DNA from: a virus
Strand: one strand, 5' to 3'
DNA length: 64,000 nucleotides
Virus record (IMG/VR): IMGVR_UViG_3300010401_000004
Coordinates: 6,831 to 70,830 of that record
Shown here piece by piece: positions 47,222 through 56,265 of this stretch. Under the pieces are notes generated by a model. That model was given only the letters and a program-made list of their open reading frames with translations. It did no database searches and was not told the origin of the DNA. Numbering within the stretch: the first letter of the stretch is position 1; each line of letters opens with the position of its first letter. The translations under genes were made by a program, and so were the position numbers.

Positions 47222-50200
47222 TTAAGCTAGATTTGTCGTGCGAGCTACTTCCAGCCACGCGCTTCCCGTTGAAATAAAAAGTATCGAACTAAAGTGTGAC
47301 GCTGTCGTGGCCTGTGTTCCCGATGTTTTGAAACTAGCCGCGAAAGTAACCGTGACCGTGCCCGAAGCGTCGGCAGTTGTTTCGAGTAGCAACAAATCAC
47401 CTGCCGTCCCCGCTGCGCTCGGTGTCCAAGTTGAAGTCCCACTCGTAGTGAACGATACCGCAAGCACTTGATTCGAGTTGGTAACGTCAATAGTCATCGC
47501 GTTGGAGTACGTTTGACCGGTCTTTGGAGCGATATTCAATTTCCCTAAAGTCGGAATGGCGGTGTTGCCGACGTTGAGCGAGATCGCCGTCGCTACTCCT
47601 CCGCTGGTGACGTTGAACTGCTCAGCCGAACCTACGGAGAACGCCACCGTGGGAGCTACATTACCCCCCACTACAAATCGTCCGTTGGTGAAAAAGCTGC
47701 CGATGAGGTTTGGCCCGGTGCTGTCATACCAGCTTTGCACGGTAGCATTGCCCGCGTAGGCCGTAACCGCTAGAGTCCCGCCAGACGTATTCACGCTGCC
47801 CATGCGGATTGTGCCGTCGTAGGCAATTTTCATGCGCTCCACCGGGCCAACTGTGGTGGGGGTAGTGGCGAAAGTCAGCGAACCTTGACCAAGCGCGCCA
47901 TCATTGTAGCCGCAGATGTATCCAACACGATGGTCAACACCGGCCATTGCTCGGTTGTAAAAGGCTAACAGCCCAGTCCGCGCAATCGTGTTGGTGATAG
48001 ATGCCCCAACCTCGACATAGCCCGGCGCGCCTGCGCCACCATCCACGAATAGCGTTCGCCCCTGCGCATCGTCCGTGACGCTTAGAGCAGTCAGTCCGAT
48101 ACCTACGTTGCCAAGATTGTCGAGATAGACGCGAGTGTCTAATGCGGAGTTAGTCGTCGGAGCCTGAGTAGCGAGAAATGAGCCGTCCGCTATATTAAAC
48201 GTGTAGGTAGTGTCAGTGTTGTTGTTGACTACGGGGCTGGCAGCGACGAGAAAGTACGTTGACCCTCCCGCTGCGGTAGCGTAGATATTCCGTCCTGTAA
48301 CAAGAGTATTTGTGGTGTATTGGTCAGAGCCGGTTGGGATAGTAATAGTGATTTTCGTGTGCGCGGCGTCCGCTGTGACAGTATTCGATACCGGACTCGC
48401 GTCTGTTTCGCCTCCCGCCGTCACGTAAGTCATCTTGAAACTATGAGTCCCCGCTGTGACTACACCCGTCGCATCCGCAACCAGGGAGGCGGAGAGAGCG
48501 GCAGGCGCAAGAAGTAGTGCTTGCAGATTTAACGATCCATTACTCGCCTTTGTCCATCGGCTGAAATTGACCGACGATCCTCTCAGGTCGATAGGCTCAG
48601 TGAAAATTACCTGAGCGCCATTGTCCGTAATACTGCTGTTGCCGATAGCGGTCGAAGATGTGGCCTTTGGAACGAGATTCGTTGTAAGCCCACTTAACCC
48701 GCCCGCCGGCGACCACGACCCGTCACCTTTAAGCGAATCACTGGCACTCCCAGACAGTTTTGGCAGATAACCATGTTTCAGCGTTGAAGAGTTGTTGGTT
48801 GTGATGTCCGAAAACGAAATGTTGGCCTCGGTAGGCTGCGCTTTGCTGATTACTCCGTTAGTGGAAATGGCAGTCAGAAAGTTGTTTGAGGCTCCCGCGT
48901 CAGCTTGCACCAGTGTCGCATTCGCATTCGGGAACGTATAGAAGCGATCAGCCGTCAGCGGCCCGCCGTCAACAGGGCTCGCCGTGAAGTCACAGATAAT
49001 CTGCCGCGTGAATCCATCTGATTGAGTCCACGAGAGACGACCATACGTGCCCAGCGGTCGATAGCTGTAGAGGCGGATGCTGCCGTTGCCGATTGTGGAG
49101 AGGGCTGTTGCGGACTGAGCAGTTGATTCGAGGAAGCCTGCGCCAGCGGAGCCGGTGGTAGAGATACTTTTCGTTCGCAACTGCTGTGTGAACGTCCCAA
49201 TCTGAGTCTCATCAATCGTAAGAGCTAACGTTTGAACTGAAGGCGTCGCATCGGTAGAAGTGTAAAACTTCATCTGCGATGGCGCGCGGGTCGCTGCTAT
49301 CGTTCCCGTAGAGTCCACCCGAATAGAGGCCGATTGGATGAATCCGCTTCCTGTGTATGCTTGGAAATTCAGCATTCCTACCGTGTCGCCGGTAACAATC
49401 GTCGTTGCCGCTGAGGGAGTTCCACGGGCACGGTTAAGATTTACTAAGGCCGCATTTGATCCTGCTATCCCAGTTCCAAACCAAGCAGAGGTTATACCTG
49501 AATCAACGAGATTCTTTGAACTCGCTACCACGAGATCTGCGTTAAGTAATGTCGATGTAATCGTGTTCGTGTAAGGCGATCCCACAACTAACTTATGGTT
49601 TGTATAGTCCCATGTGAAGGTTGAATCGTTACCGTCTAATTTGCCCGTCGAGTCTTTATAGAAAACGACCCCACCTTGCTGGCTCCATGTTCCCGTTCCT
49701 GTGCCGCCGTAGGTCACAGGCAGCGGAGTGGCTAGCGACGGAACCGCTGGATCGTTCGCACCCAAAGCAATGGGTGCAGAGGCGGACGCGGGCGCAACGG
49801 AAAGTTTCACCACTCCAAGATTTGTAGTAGAGGCGTAATCATTTTTCCCTACCGCAAGCGGATGCGTAGTGGACGCGGCAGCGACTGAGAGATAGGTAAT
49901 ACCCTTAACTGTTGGACTGGCGTTGTTATTTGTCGTTAGCGTATTGAAGTAGGCTTGAACTTGCGCGCTAGTCCAGTACACGGCGGGCGGGTTAACGATG
50001 ATCGACGCTTCGTTCTCTATCGTTAACTGCTCAAAGGTAATCACCCCACCGGGATACCCATCCTCTGCGGGAATGAACCAGTTAGTGAATAGGAAGTCTT
50101 TAGCTGTATTCCCTGAGAAGAACCTTGCCGAGACTTGAATGCTTTGCGGGGTGGCGATTTGCGCGTCTAAGGTGGTGAAAATATCTTCCGCGTTAACTGT

Positions 50201-50380
50201 AATTACATTAGACGTGATGGAACAATCGAATGAAATGTAGAAATCAGTCGGGCCGGGAAGGACGGTGTTACCGTTTACGTCGAGAAATTCCTGCGAGTAC
50301 CACAGACGGAGAGTTAGAGGCGGAGAGTCCCGCAGCCTCGTAGTCGGATAAACCTGAAATGATGATAACGTGAGCGCCAT
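47222..50380 (-). CDS. Tail fibre / receptor-binding protein
   Basis: 1052 aa, Thr/Ser/Gly-rich; ASxTxxGxxxLS repeats, GNVGIG, ERMKI motifs. Confidence 0.8.
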   Translation of the reverse strand: MALTLSSFQVYPTTRLRDSPPLTLRLWYSQEFLDVNGNTVLPGPTDFYISFDCSITSNVITVNAEDIFTTLDAQIATPQSIQVSARFFSGNTAKDFLFTNWFIPAEDGYPGGVITFEQLTIENEASIIVNPPAVYWTSAQVQAYFNTLTTNNNASPTVKGITYLSVAAASTTHPLAVGKNDYASTTNLGVVKLSVAPASASAPIALGANDPAVPSLATPLPVTYGGTGTGTWSQQGGVVFYKDSTGKLDGNDSTFTWDYTNHKLVVGSPYTNTITSTLLNADLVVASSKNLVDSGITSAWFGTGIAGSNAALVNLNRARGTPSAATTIVTGDTVGMLNFQAYTGSGFIQSASIRVDSTGTIAATRAPSQMKFYTSTDATPSVQTLALTIDETQIGTFTQQLRTKSISTTGSAGAGFLESTAQSATALSTIGNGSIRLYSYRPLGTYGRLSWTQSDGFTRQIICDFTASPVDGGPLTADRFYTFPNANATLVQADAGASNNFLTAISTNGVISKAQPTEANISFSDITTNNSSTLKHGYLPKLSGSASDSLKGDGSWSPAGGLSGLTTNLVPKATSSTAIGNSSITDNGAQVIFTEPIDLRGSSVNFSRWTKASNGSLNLQALLLAPAALSASLVADATGVVTAGTHSFKMTYVTAGGETDASPVSNTVTADAAHTKITITIPTGSDQYTTNTLVTGRNIYATAAGGSTYFLVAASPVVNNNTDTTYTFNIADGSFLATQAPTTNSALDTRVYLDNLGNVGIGLTALSVTDDAQGRTLFVDGGAGAPGYVEVGASITNTIARTGLLAFYNRAMAGVDHRVGYICGYNDGALGQGSLTFATTPTTVGPVERMKIAYDGTIRMGSVNTSGGTLAVTAYAGNATVQSWYDSTGPNLIGSFFTNGRFVVGGNVAPTVAFSVGSAEQFNVTSGGVATAISLNVGNTAIPTLGKLNIAPKTGQTYSNAMTIDVTNSNQVLAVSFTTSGTSTWTPSAAGTAGDLLLLETTADASGTVTVTFAASFKTSGTQATTASHFSSILFISTGSAWLEVARTTNLA

Positions 50381-50385
50381 TCATT

Positions 50386-51048
50386 TTACGGGATAAACCG
50401 AGCAAAGATAGTGGCGACACATGTGCTGCCTGAATGATTATAGATGTACATCTGGCTTATCGGGATCGTATCAGACAACGCCCCAACGGCGGTCTGAACC
50501 ACAGGAGTAGTTATAGCCACTAACGCCCCGTCCGTATTGGTTACAGTAGAAGCCCATCCCCAGTAGGTAGCCGTGGAGCAGGTAACACTAAGATAGGTAC
50601 ACGATCCTGTCGGCTGAAATCCCGCGGCTTGAATCAAAGAGAGAACCGACACCGCCGTTGCGTCGTTAGTGATCGAGTCATTACCGGCAAAGAATGGATA
50701 TTGCTGGGCCATCGTGCCTCCTTAGATTCCAATCGCCCCAATGATTACCCATAGTGACGCACCGGCCACGCGAGTACATACCGCTGTAGGGCCGGTATCT
50801 CCGATTCGGTAAGTATTCCCATTGGCTAGAATCGTGCAAGATGCGCGCTGGGTGGCTCCATCAATTGACGTGATGTACACGGGCGAATTTGAGTTCGCGT
50901 CCAACGTAATCGCCAACGAACCCGCGCCGCAAATTACGAGGTTGTCAGTTGGCAAAACCGTGTATGCCCCAGTCGGTTTAGCCACCGTTGCGGTCGCGGC
51001 TTGCAGGTTATCAAAGACTGGAACCTCTGATGCTTTATTCGATGCCAT
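50386..51048 (-). CDS. Two 108-aa putative virion proteins (50386-50712, 50722-51048)
   Basis: Beta-rich ORFs within the tail module. Confidence 0.6.
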
Positions 51049-51057
51049 AATGTCTCC

Positions 51058-52098
51058 TTACGCTAAGGCAGTCGTGCGAAACAGTTCACACCAAATCGTG
51101 CCATTACTCATGAACGCAATAGTGCTGTGCGTGCTTAGAGTCGTTGCTTGCGTGCCTAAGCTGTGGAACGTGGAAGCGAAAGTAGTGGTGACTGTGCCAC
51201 TCGCGTCCGCGTTCTGGGTAATGAATAGCAAATCACCCGCCGTGCCCGCCGCTGATGGGGTCATAGTACAGGTTGCCGACGTGCCATTCGCCACCGCGAT
51301 AATGTGATTGGAAATTGTCACGTCAATGGTCATTGACGAACTGTAGGTGTCGTTGGTCTTGGGAAGAATTCCCAGCTTACCAGCCGCAGCTACCGTCAGA
51401 GACGTAGCCGAAGCAACGCCTAAACTTGGCGTTACCAGCGCGGGGCTATTACTCAGCACCACCGCCACCGTTCCCGTGCTGGCCGTGACGCCCGTTCCGC
51501 CCTGAGCTACCGCTACAGTATTGAGTGCAGCGGAGAGAATCTTTCCTGCGGAGTCAGTTAAGGTTGTTGGCCCTGTGCCTGCGGTCAACCCCCCACCTGT
51601 CGTGGTAGCTGCAACAGCAACCGACCCTGACGTAGCGCCCGAAAGCGTGATGCTCTGAGTGCCCGCAATCGCCCCTGTAGTGTCGGCAATCGTAACAGTG
51701 GAATTCTGGCCCACTTTACCTGTAGTGCCGTCAAACCGAACTATTGCATTATCAGTTGAGGATGCTGGGCCTTCAAAATCTCCCGTGCCACTGCGGTCAA
51801 ACCCTGAGACGCCAAACCACACGCCTGACTGACTTAGTTGGCAAATCACCGCGTCATATTGCGACGGCAAAGAGAAACTAAATGTCCCATCACTTACTAA
51901 TACCGCATTAGCGGATGAATCAGTCTTCTCAACAATGATTTGATAAAACGCACCATCCCCCGGAGAGATTGGCAGCGCGGCGGTAAACGCTCCCGCAGTG
52001 GCATCGCAAAAAGCGTGATCAGTGTCAAGATTGATATTCCCGGCAGCAGTTAGTGTCTGCTCGACTAGCTGGCGGCTGATTGATCCAATGGCGCTCAT
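51058..52098 (-). CDS. Tail fibre-like protein
   Basis: GPASSTDNAIVRFDGTTGK, VAQGGTG motifs; C-terminus paralogous to 47222-50380. Confidence 0.75.
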   Translation of the reverse strand: MSAIGSISRQLVEQTLTAAGNINLDTDHAFCDATAGAFTAALPISPGDGAFYQIIVEKTDSSANAVLVSDGTFSFSLPSQYDAVICQLSQSGVWFGVSGFDRSGTGDFEGPASSTDNAIVRFDGTTGKVGQNSTVTIADTTGAIAGTQSITLSGATSGSVAVAATTTGGGLTAGTGPTTLTDSAGKILSAALNTVAVAQGGTGVTASTGTVAVVLSNSPALVTPSLGVASATSLTVAAAGKLGILPKTNDTYSSSMTIDVTISNHIIAVANGTSATCTMTPSAAGTAGDLLFITQNADASGTVTTTFASTFHSLGTQATTLSTHSTIAFMSNGTIWCELFRTTALA

Positions 52099-52109
52099 AA
52101 TAGTTCTCC

Positions 52110-52682
52110 TTAGTTGAAGCCGAAGCGTTCCTGAAATGTCTCTACAGGTAAAGCCGGAAGATTCCCCGGCTTCACATCGTCACAGTATGGCTGGTATGGA
52201 ATGCTGTACTCATCAATAAGATTGAATACATCTCTATCTGAGAGATCGTACAAAGGCGCAACCATGCGAGTCGGGCCTAGCTGAAATTCTCGTTCAAATA
52301 CCTTCTTCACCAACGGATGTGAATCAGTTTTCCGATACCCGAAAAAGGTGTAGTCAAAGTCGTAGTGGAATTGAGGCGTGGTCACGTATCCTACTGGTTT
52401 TCCGTTTTCTGAAACGTCTCGCAACATTGGGAGTCTCGCATTCCCAATAGCGTACTCTGACACTACGGTATCTTTCACTCGATACCTGATTGCCGGAGCA
52501 TAAGACATCACATCTAATTCCCATTCACGAATAATCTTCTCTACGAATGGATCGAGTTCATCGTAGAAGTGAAGGATTGGAATTGGTCTGATGTCCATAA
52601 TCATCTTGAGTAGTACAAGACTCTCTTTCCCAAACGAGCAGAGTAGAACCGGGTTCTTAGCTTTTAAGAGAATGTCTCTCAC
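52110..52682 (-). CDS. PAPS-reductase-like (PP-loop) protein
   Basis: LCSFGKESLVLL, GYRKTD, PLYDLSDRDVF. Confidence 0.7.
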   Translation of the reverse strand: MRDILLKAKNPVLLCSFGKESLVLLKMIMDIRPIPILHFYDELDPFVEKIIREWELDVMSYAPAIRYRVKDTVVSEYAIGNARLPMLRDVSENGKPVGYVTTPQFHYDFDYTFFGYRKTDSHPLVKKVFEREFQLGPTRMVAPLYDLSDRDVFNLIDEYSIPYQPYCDDVKPGNLPALPVETFQERFGFN

Positions 52683-53416
52683 ATTAAGGCCGCTCCGCCG
52701 ATTTGCGCCCCTGCTCCGATAATCTGCCCCAACAAATCCACCTGTTGAACTGTCGTACCCGATCCCGTAGCTGACCCAGCGCTTGTCCCTTCACTCGTTC
52801 CTGCCGACCCGCTTAAAGTCGTACCACTACTCGTTCCCCCTGACGTGCCTGACGACGTTCCAGTAGAGGTTCCAACTTGGTTCCCGGTCGTTGTTCCCGT
52901 GCTCGTTCCTGTCGTTCCCGTTCCTACTAAATGGGGAGCGGTCAGATTCGCCAATGTTCCTAGTTGTCCGGCTCGTTGCTGATTCGCATCATAAAACGCC
53001 CCTCGATAAGCTTGAGACTCATCCTGATTGATGTTTCGCTCTCCTGCGCGCTGAATAGCCTCCTGCATCGCCGGAGTAGCGTACCCCCCTAACGGATTTA
53101 TGAAAGATGATCTTAGTTTATTTCTCGCATTTCCAGCTTGAGACGCGATACCCGGATCGATCTGCGGTCTCCACCCTCTTAGAGCTTTAATATCTTCCGT
53201 GTCAGGAGCGGTCAGGAAGTCGTAGGTGTTTTGATTATTAAACCCCTGATTGCTTGTTTGGTTATTAGTCTGATTGAATCCACCCGTGTTTTGCGTGTTG
53301 AAGGTGTTTTCGTTTTGAGTGTTAAAGGCTGAATTGTTCAGCGTATTAAAGGCAGAATTATTACTCGCATTCTGTGTCTGCTGAGTGTTCTGAGTTGTAG
53401 TGTTGTGTCGTGGCAT
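52679..53416 (-). CDS. Putative small ejection protein with N/Q/T and G/T/S repeats
   Basis: Follows GNAT gene; C-terminal LLGQIIGAGAQIGGAALM. Confidence 0.6.
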   Translation of the reverse strand: MPRHNTTTQNTQQTQNASNNSAFNTLNNSAFNTQNENTFNTQNTGGFNQTNNQTSNQGFNNQNTYDFLTAPDTEDIKALRGWRPQIDPGIASQAGNARNKLRSSFINPLGGYATPAMQEAIQRAGERNINQDESQAYRGAFYDANQQRAGQLGTLANLTAPHLVGTGTTGTSTGTTTGNQVGTSTGTSSGTSGGTSSGTTLSGSAGTSEGTSAGSATGSGTTVQQVDLLGQIIGAGAQIGGAALM

Positions 53417-53419
53417 AAG

Positions 53420-53458
53420 AAAAACGCCGCGAGAAAGGGTTTAACCTTCCCACGGCGC
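53420..53458 (-). terminator. Intrinsic terminator-like hairpin
   Basis: GCGCCGTGGGAAGG/CTTTCTCGCGGCGT stem followed by a T run. Confidence 0.6.
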
Positions 53459-53478
53459 TCTGAATTTCAGATGGCCTT

Positions 53479-53979
53479 CTACGCTGCTTTCAACGCGGCG
53501 ACTATATCACGAGTCATGTTCATTCGTCGCCACTCAATTACTCGGCCTCGATACATGCCTTTAATCAGCCGCAGGCCGTCTTCACGAAACCCAAGTGTGC
53601 CACAGAGGCGACGGGTTGGCAAGTTCTTTTTGGCTACCCAGACAAAGAGTTCTTGAGTGCCTAAATCCTCGAATGCGCGATCCCTTAGAGCGAGACAATG
53701 GGTGACGACCGTTCCTGCATTGCAACGCGGCCTCGCCATGAAATCCACTTCCATTCGCCCCTTTGCCCTGAGGATGAACATCACGAGTGCGATAAGCTCC
53801 CCGTCGAACACTCCAAACGTCGCCCGACTCTCTTCTTTTGCACTTTCAATGAAGTCCTCAAACGTCGGCGGCCCGAATACTCGATCTGACTCCTTAAACC
53901 AGCGCGGACTATTCACTACCCATAAATGAGCGTCAACGAAATGGTTTCTATCTTGAATTGGATCGAGTCGGCGGATCAT
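53479..53979 (-). CDS. GNAT-family acetyltransferase
   Basis: VWVAKKNLPTRRLCGTLGFREDG, RimJ-like motif. Confidence 0.75.
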   Translation of the reverse strand: MIRRLDPIQDRNHFVDAHLWVVNSPRWFKESDRVFGPPTFEDFIESAKEESRATFGVFDGELIALVMFILRAKGRMEVDFMARPRCNAGTVVTHCLALRDRAFEDLGTQELFVWVAKKNLPTRRLCGTLGFREDGLRLIKGMYRGRVIEWRRMNMTRDIVAALKAA

Positions 53980-54002
53980 GAAGTAATAACTTGATTTCCC
54001 CT

Positions 54003-54535
54003 TTACAATCCCAGCGTCCGGCAGCGTTCGTAAAATGTCCCGCCATCCGCAAGGAAGGTTAAGATTGCCCGCTTGCTCAAAGTTCCGACGATAGTCCCGA
54101 TTCCCGATAGTCCAGTGCCGAGTGTCAACGTCCGGGGCAATACTCCGTCGTTCAAAACAATCAAAGTCAATTCCTGTCCGTCAACCGGCGTCCCGGAAAT
54201 GTTTAGCGTTGTGGTTTGGGCAATCGTCCATCTTGCTTGAGTGTGCTGGACTGTAGGGTCTATCGCCAGAGTGACGCTTGTGCCCGGACTTAAGTCGAGA
54301 ATAGAACGCCCGCCGATGTTCGACATTATGCCGCGCCCCTCTTTGTCAGGGTCGTGACGTGGCCGTCTGATCTGCGGTACTTGAGTTCGCCGAATTCGCA
54401 ATAGAGCAATCCCTTGTGCTCCATAATCAAAGTCTCTTCTTCGCCCTGAGGCGGAGGGAATAATAAGGTTTCAGTGCCTTCGTCATCGCGATACTTGATC
54501 GCGCCCTTTGCGTCCCTGAAGAGTCCTGCTATCAA
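54003..54535 (-). CDS. Two small virion genes (54003-54326, 54326-54535)
   Basis: First resembles the fibre C-terminal module (PVDGQELTLIV..FYERCRT). Confidence 0.55.
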
Positions 54536-56265
54536 TTTATCACCTCCGTGTATTCATGAACGAAATCAGTCCCGAAGTGGTTGTCTAAAAACTTAACCAG
54601 TCTCTCCATGTCCACCCTTAGCCTTCGACCTTTGTAATTTACTTCATCGTGAATCCATTGACCATCTTTATCGTGGGGCGACAATAAGGTTATGTTGCCC
54701 GACGAGTCGCAAACTTTCATCTCGCCAGCCGCGACAAAGAAGCACGCCGCATTAGTCAGCGTTCCCGCTGGGGCTGTGCCGTTTGCGATAACAAGTTGAT
54801 TCGTCCCTTCTGTGGTGCCACGTGTTGCGGTTGTGCCAATCTTAAAACTGCCCACTTCAGTAAACCGAAACTTCTCCGCACTCCCACCTGTGGCAATTTT
54901 AATTATCCCGCCCGCAGAATCCACCATCAAGGTGAAAGCTGAGGACGCATACATGTACGAATCGTTCGCGGCTAGTGCCCCATAGGCACTTGTGGTTGAA
55001 CTGTACTGGCCGAGATAGAAGGTGTAGGTGTCGCTTCCGACGAAGAATCTGCTTTGCGCTGATGCCCCGGCAGTAGTATTGCGGATCGCTAACTCAGTTG
55101 CGGCGTTCTGGTCTTTGCGAAACTCAGCCAGATACCCCGGCGTAGCTGTTCCGAACCCCACCCGATTATTTGCAAGGTCAAGAACCATGAGCGATCCACT
55201 CGCACCGGCTGATTCTCTGAAATTCGCAATGTTGGCATCTACCGCTATTGTGAGCGATTTAGCACTAGCGGTTGTGTCAGTGAAAACAAGTGATGGCGCA
55301 GTATTCGAGATCGTCTGATTCGCCGTGAAGACATTTGCCGTCCCTAATCCCGCGAGCGTGTCCGTGATGATCGGGAAGGTGTAGGTCTTAGTTGCCGTAC
55401 CTGAGAATGTATAACCCGCATAAGCCGGAGCAGTCGCAACACCACCTGAGAGCAATGGTTGGCCCGCCGCGACATCTGCGAGTTTAGAGAGTGCCGTTGC
55501 CCCTGAGGCATAGAGAAGATCACCTACAGCGTAAGATGCTATTCCCGTACCGCCATTTGCTGCCGGAAGTGCCGTACCGGATAAAGTGACAGCTAACGTT
55601 CCGCTGGTGGTAATTGGATTGCCTGAGATGCTTAGAAACGCCGGGACGGACATATCCACACTTGTCACCGATCCGCCACTAGACGCAGCCCATGATGTAA
55701 TACCCGTTCCGTCCGTTCTTAAGACATACCCACTCGTACCGGCGCTTGTTGGTAAGGTAAGCGTCCATGTCCCCGCCGCCGCTGCGGGTTGAACCGTGAC
55801 CTTCCCTGATGTATTGCCGGAAAGTGAAAGGACGCCAAGTGTTGTCCCGGCTAGACCTAAACTTAAAAGTTCGCCAGGGCTGGCAGTGCTAATGCCTACG
55901 CGATTATTCGTAAGGTCTAAGGCCAGTAAGGAGCCTGATGCTCCGGCTGATTCCCGAAGATTGGCAACATTCGCATCCGTGATAATGGTTAACGACTTCG
56001 CGGAGGCTGTTGTGTCAGTGAGAGTTAAAGACGGTGATGCGCCAGACAGCACGACATCTTCCGGCAAAGACAAGGTGACGGTCGATCCGGCACTCACAAC
56101 TGTAACTTGACTTGTTGTGCCCGCTATCGTAATCGCCGGCCCGAGCAGTCCGTTGACGCTGACTATCGCCGTGCCGGTTACAGGGATATTCGACGGTGGT
56201 AACGCCCCCTTATTCTGGTATTGAAGATACACATAATCAGGGTCAATGTTGAGATGGCTTTTCAT
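54532..56265 (-). CDS. Tail fibre-like protein with internal duplication
   Basis: Two copies of TDTTASAKSLTI..RESAGASGSL..NNRVG; ANGGTG motif. Confidence 0.75.
   Translation of the reverse strand: MKSHLNIDPDYVYLQYQNKGALPPSNIPVTGTAIVSVNGLLGPAITIAGTTSQVTVVSAGSTVTLSLPEDVVLSGASPSLTLTDTTASAKSLTIITDANVANLRESAGASGSLLALDLTNNRVGISTASPGELLSLGLAGTTLGVLSLSGNTSGKVTVQPAAAAGTWTLTLPTSAGTSGYVLRTDGTGITSWAASSGGSVTSVDMSVPAFLSISGNPITTSGTLAVTLSGTALPAANGGTGIASYAVGDLLYASGATALSKLADVAAGQPLLSGGVATAPAYAGYTFSGTATKTYTFPIITDTLAGLGTANVFTANQTISNTAPSLVFTDTTASAKSLTIAVDANIANFRESAGASGSLMVLDLANNRVGFGTATPGYLAEFRKDQNAATELAIRNTTAGASAQSRFFVGSDTYTFYLGQYSSTTSAYGALAANDSYMYASSAFTLMVDSAGGIIKIATGGSAEKFRFTEVGSFKIGTTATRGTTEGTNQLVIANGTAPAGTLTNAACFFVAAGEMKVCDSSGNITLLSPHDKDGQWIHDEVNYKGRRLRVDMERLVKFLDNHFGTDFVHEYTEVIN

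Noticed and set aside
47222-52098. Diversity-generating retroelement (TR/VR) in the paralogous fibre ends
   Set aside because: Differences are not adenine-specific and no reverse transcriptase is present.
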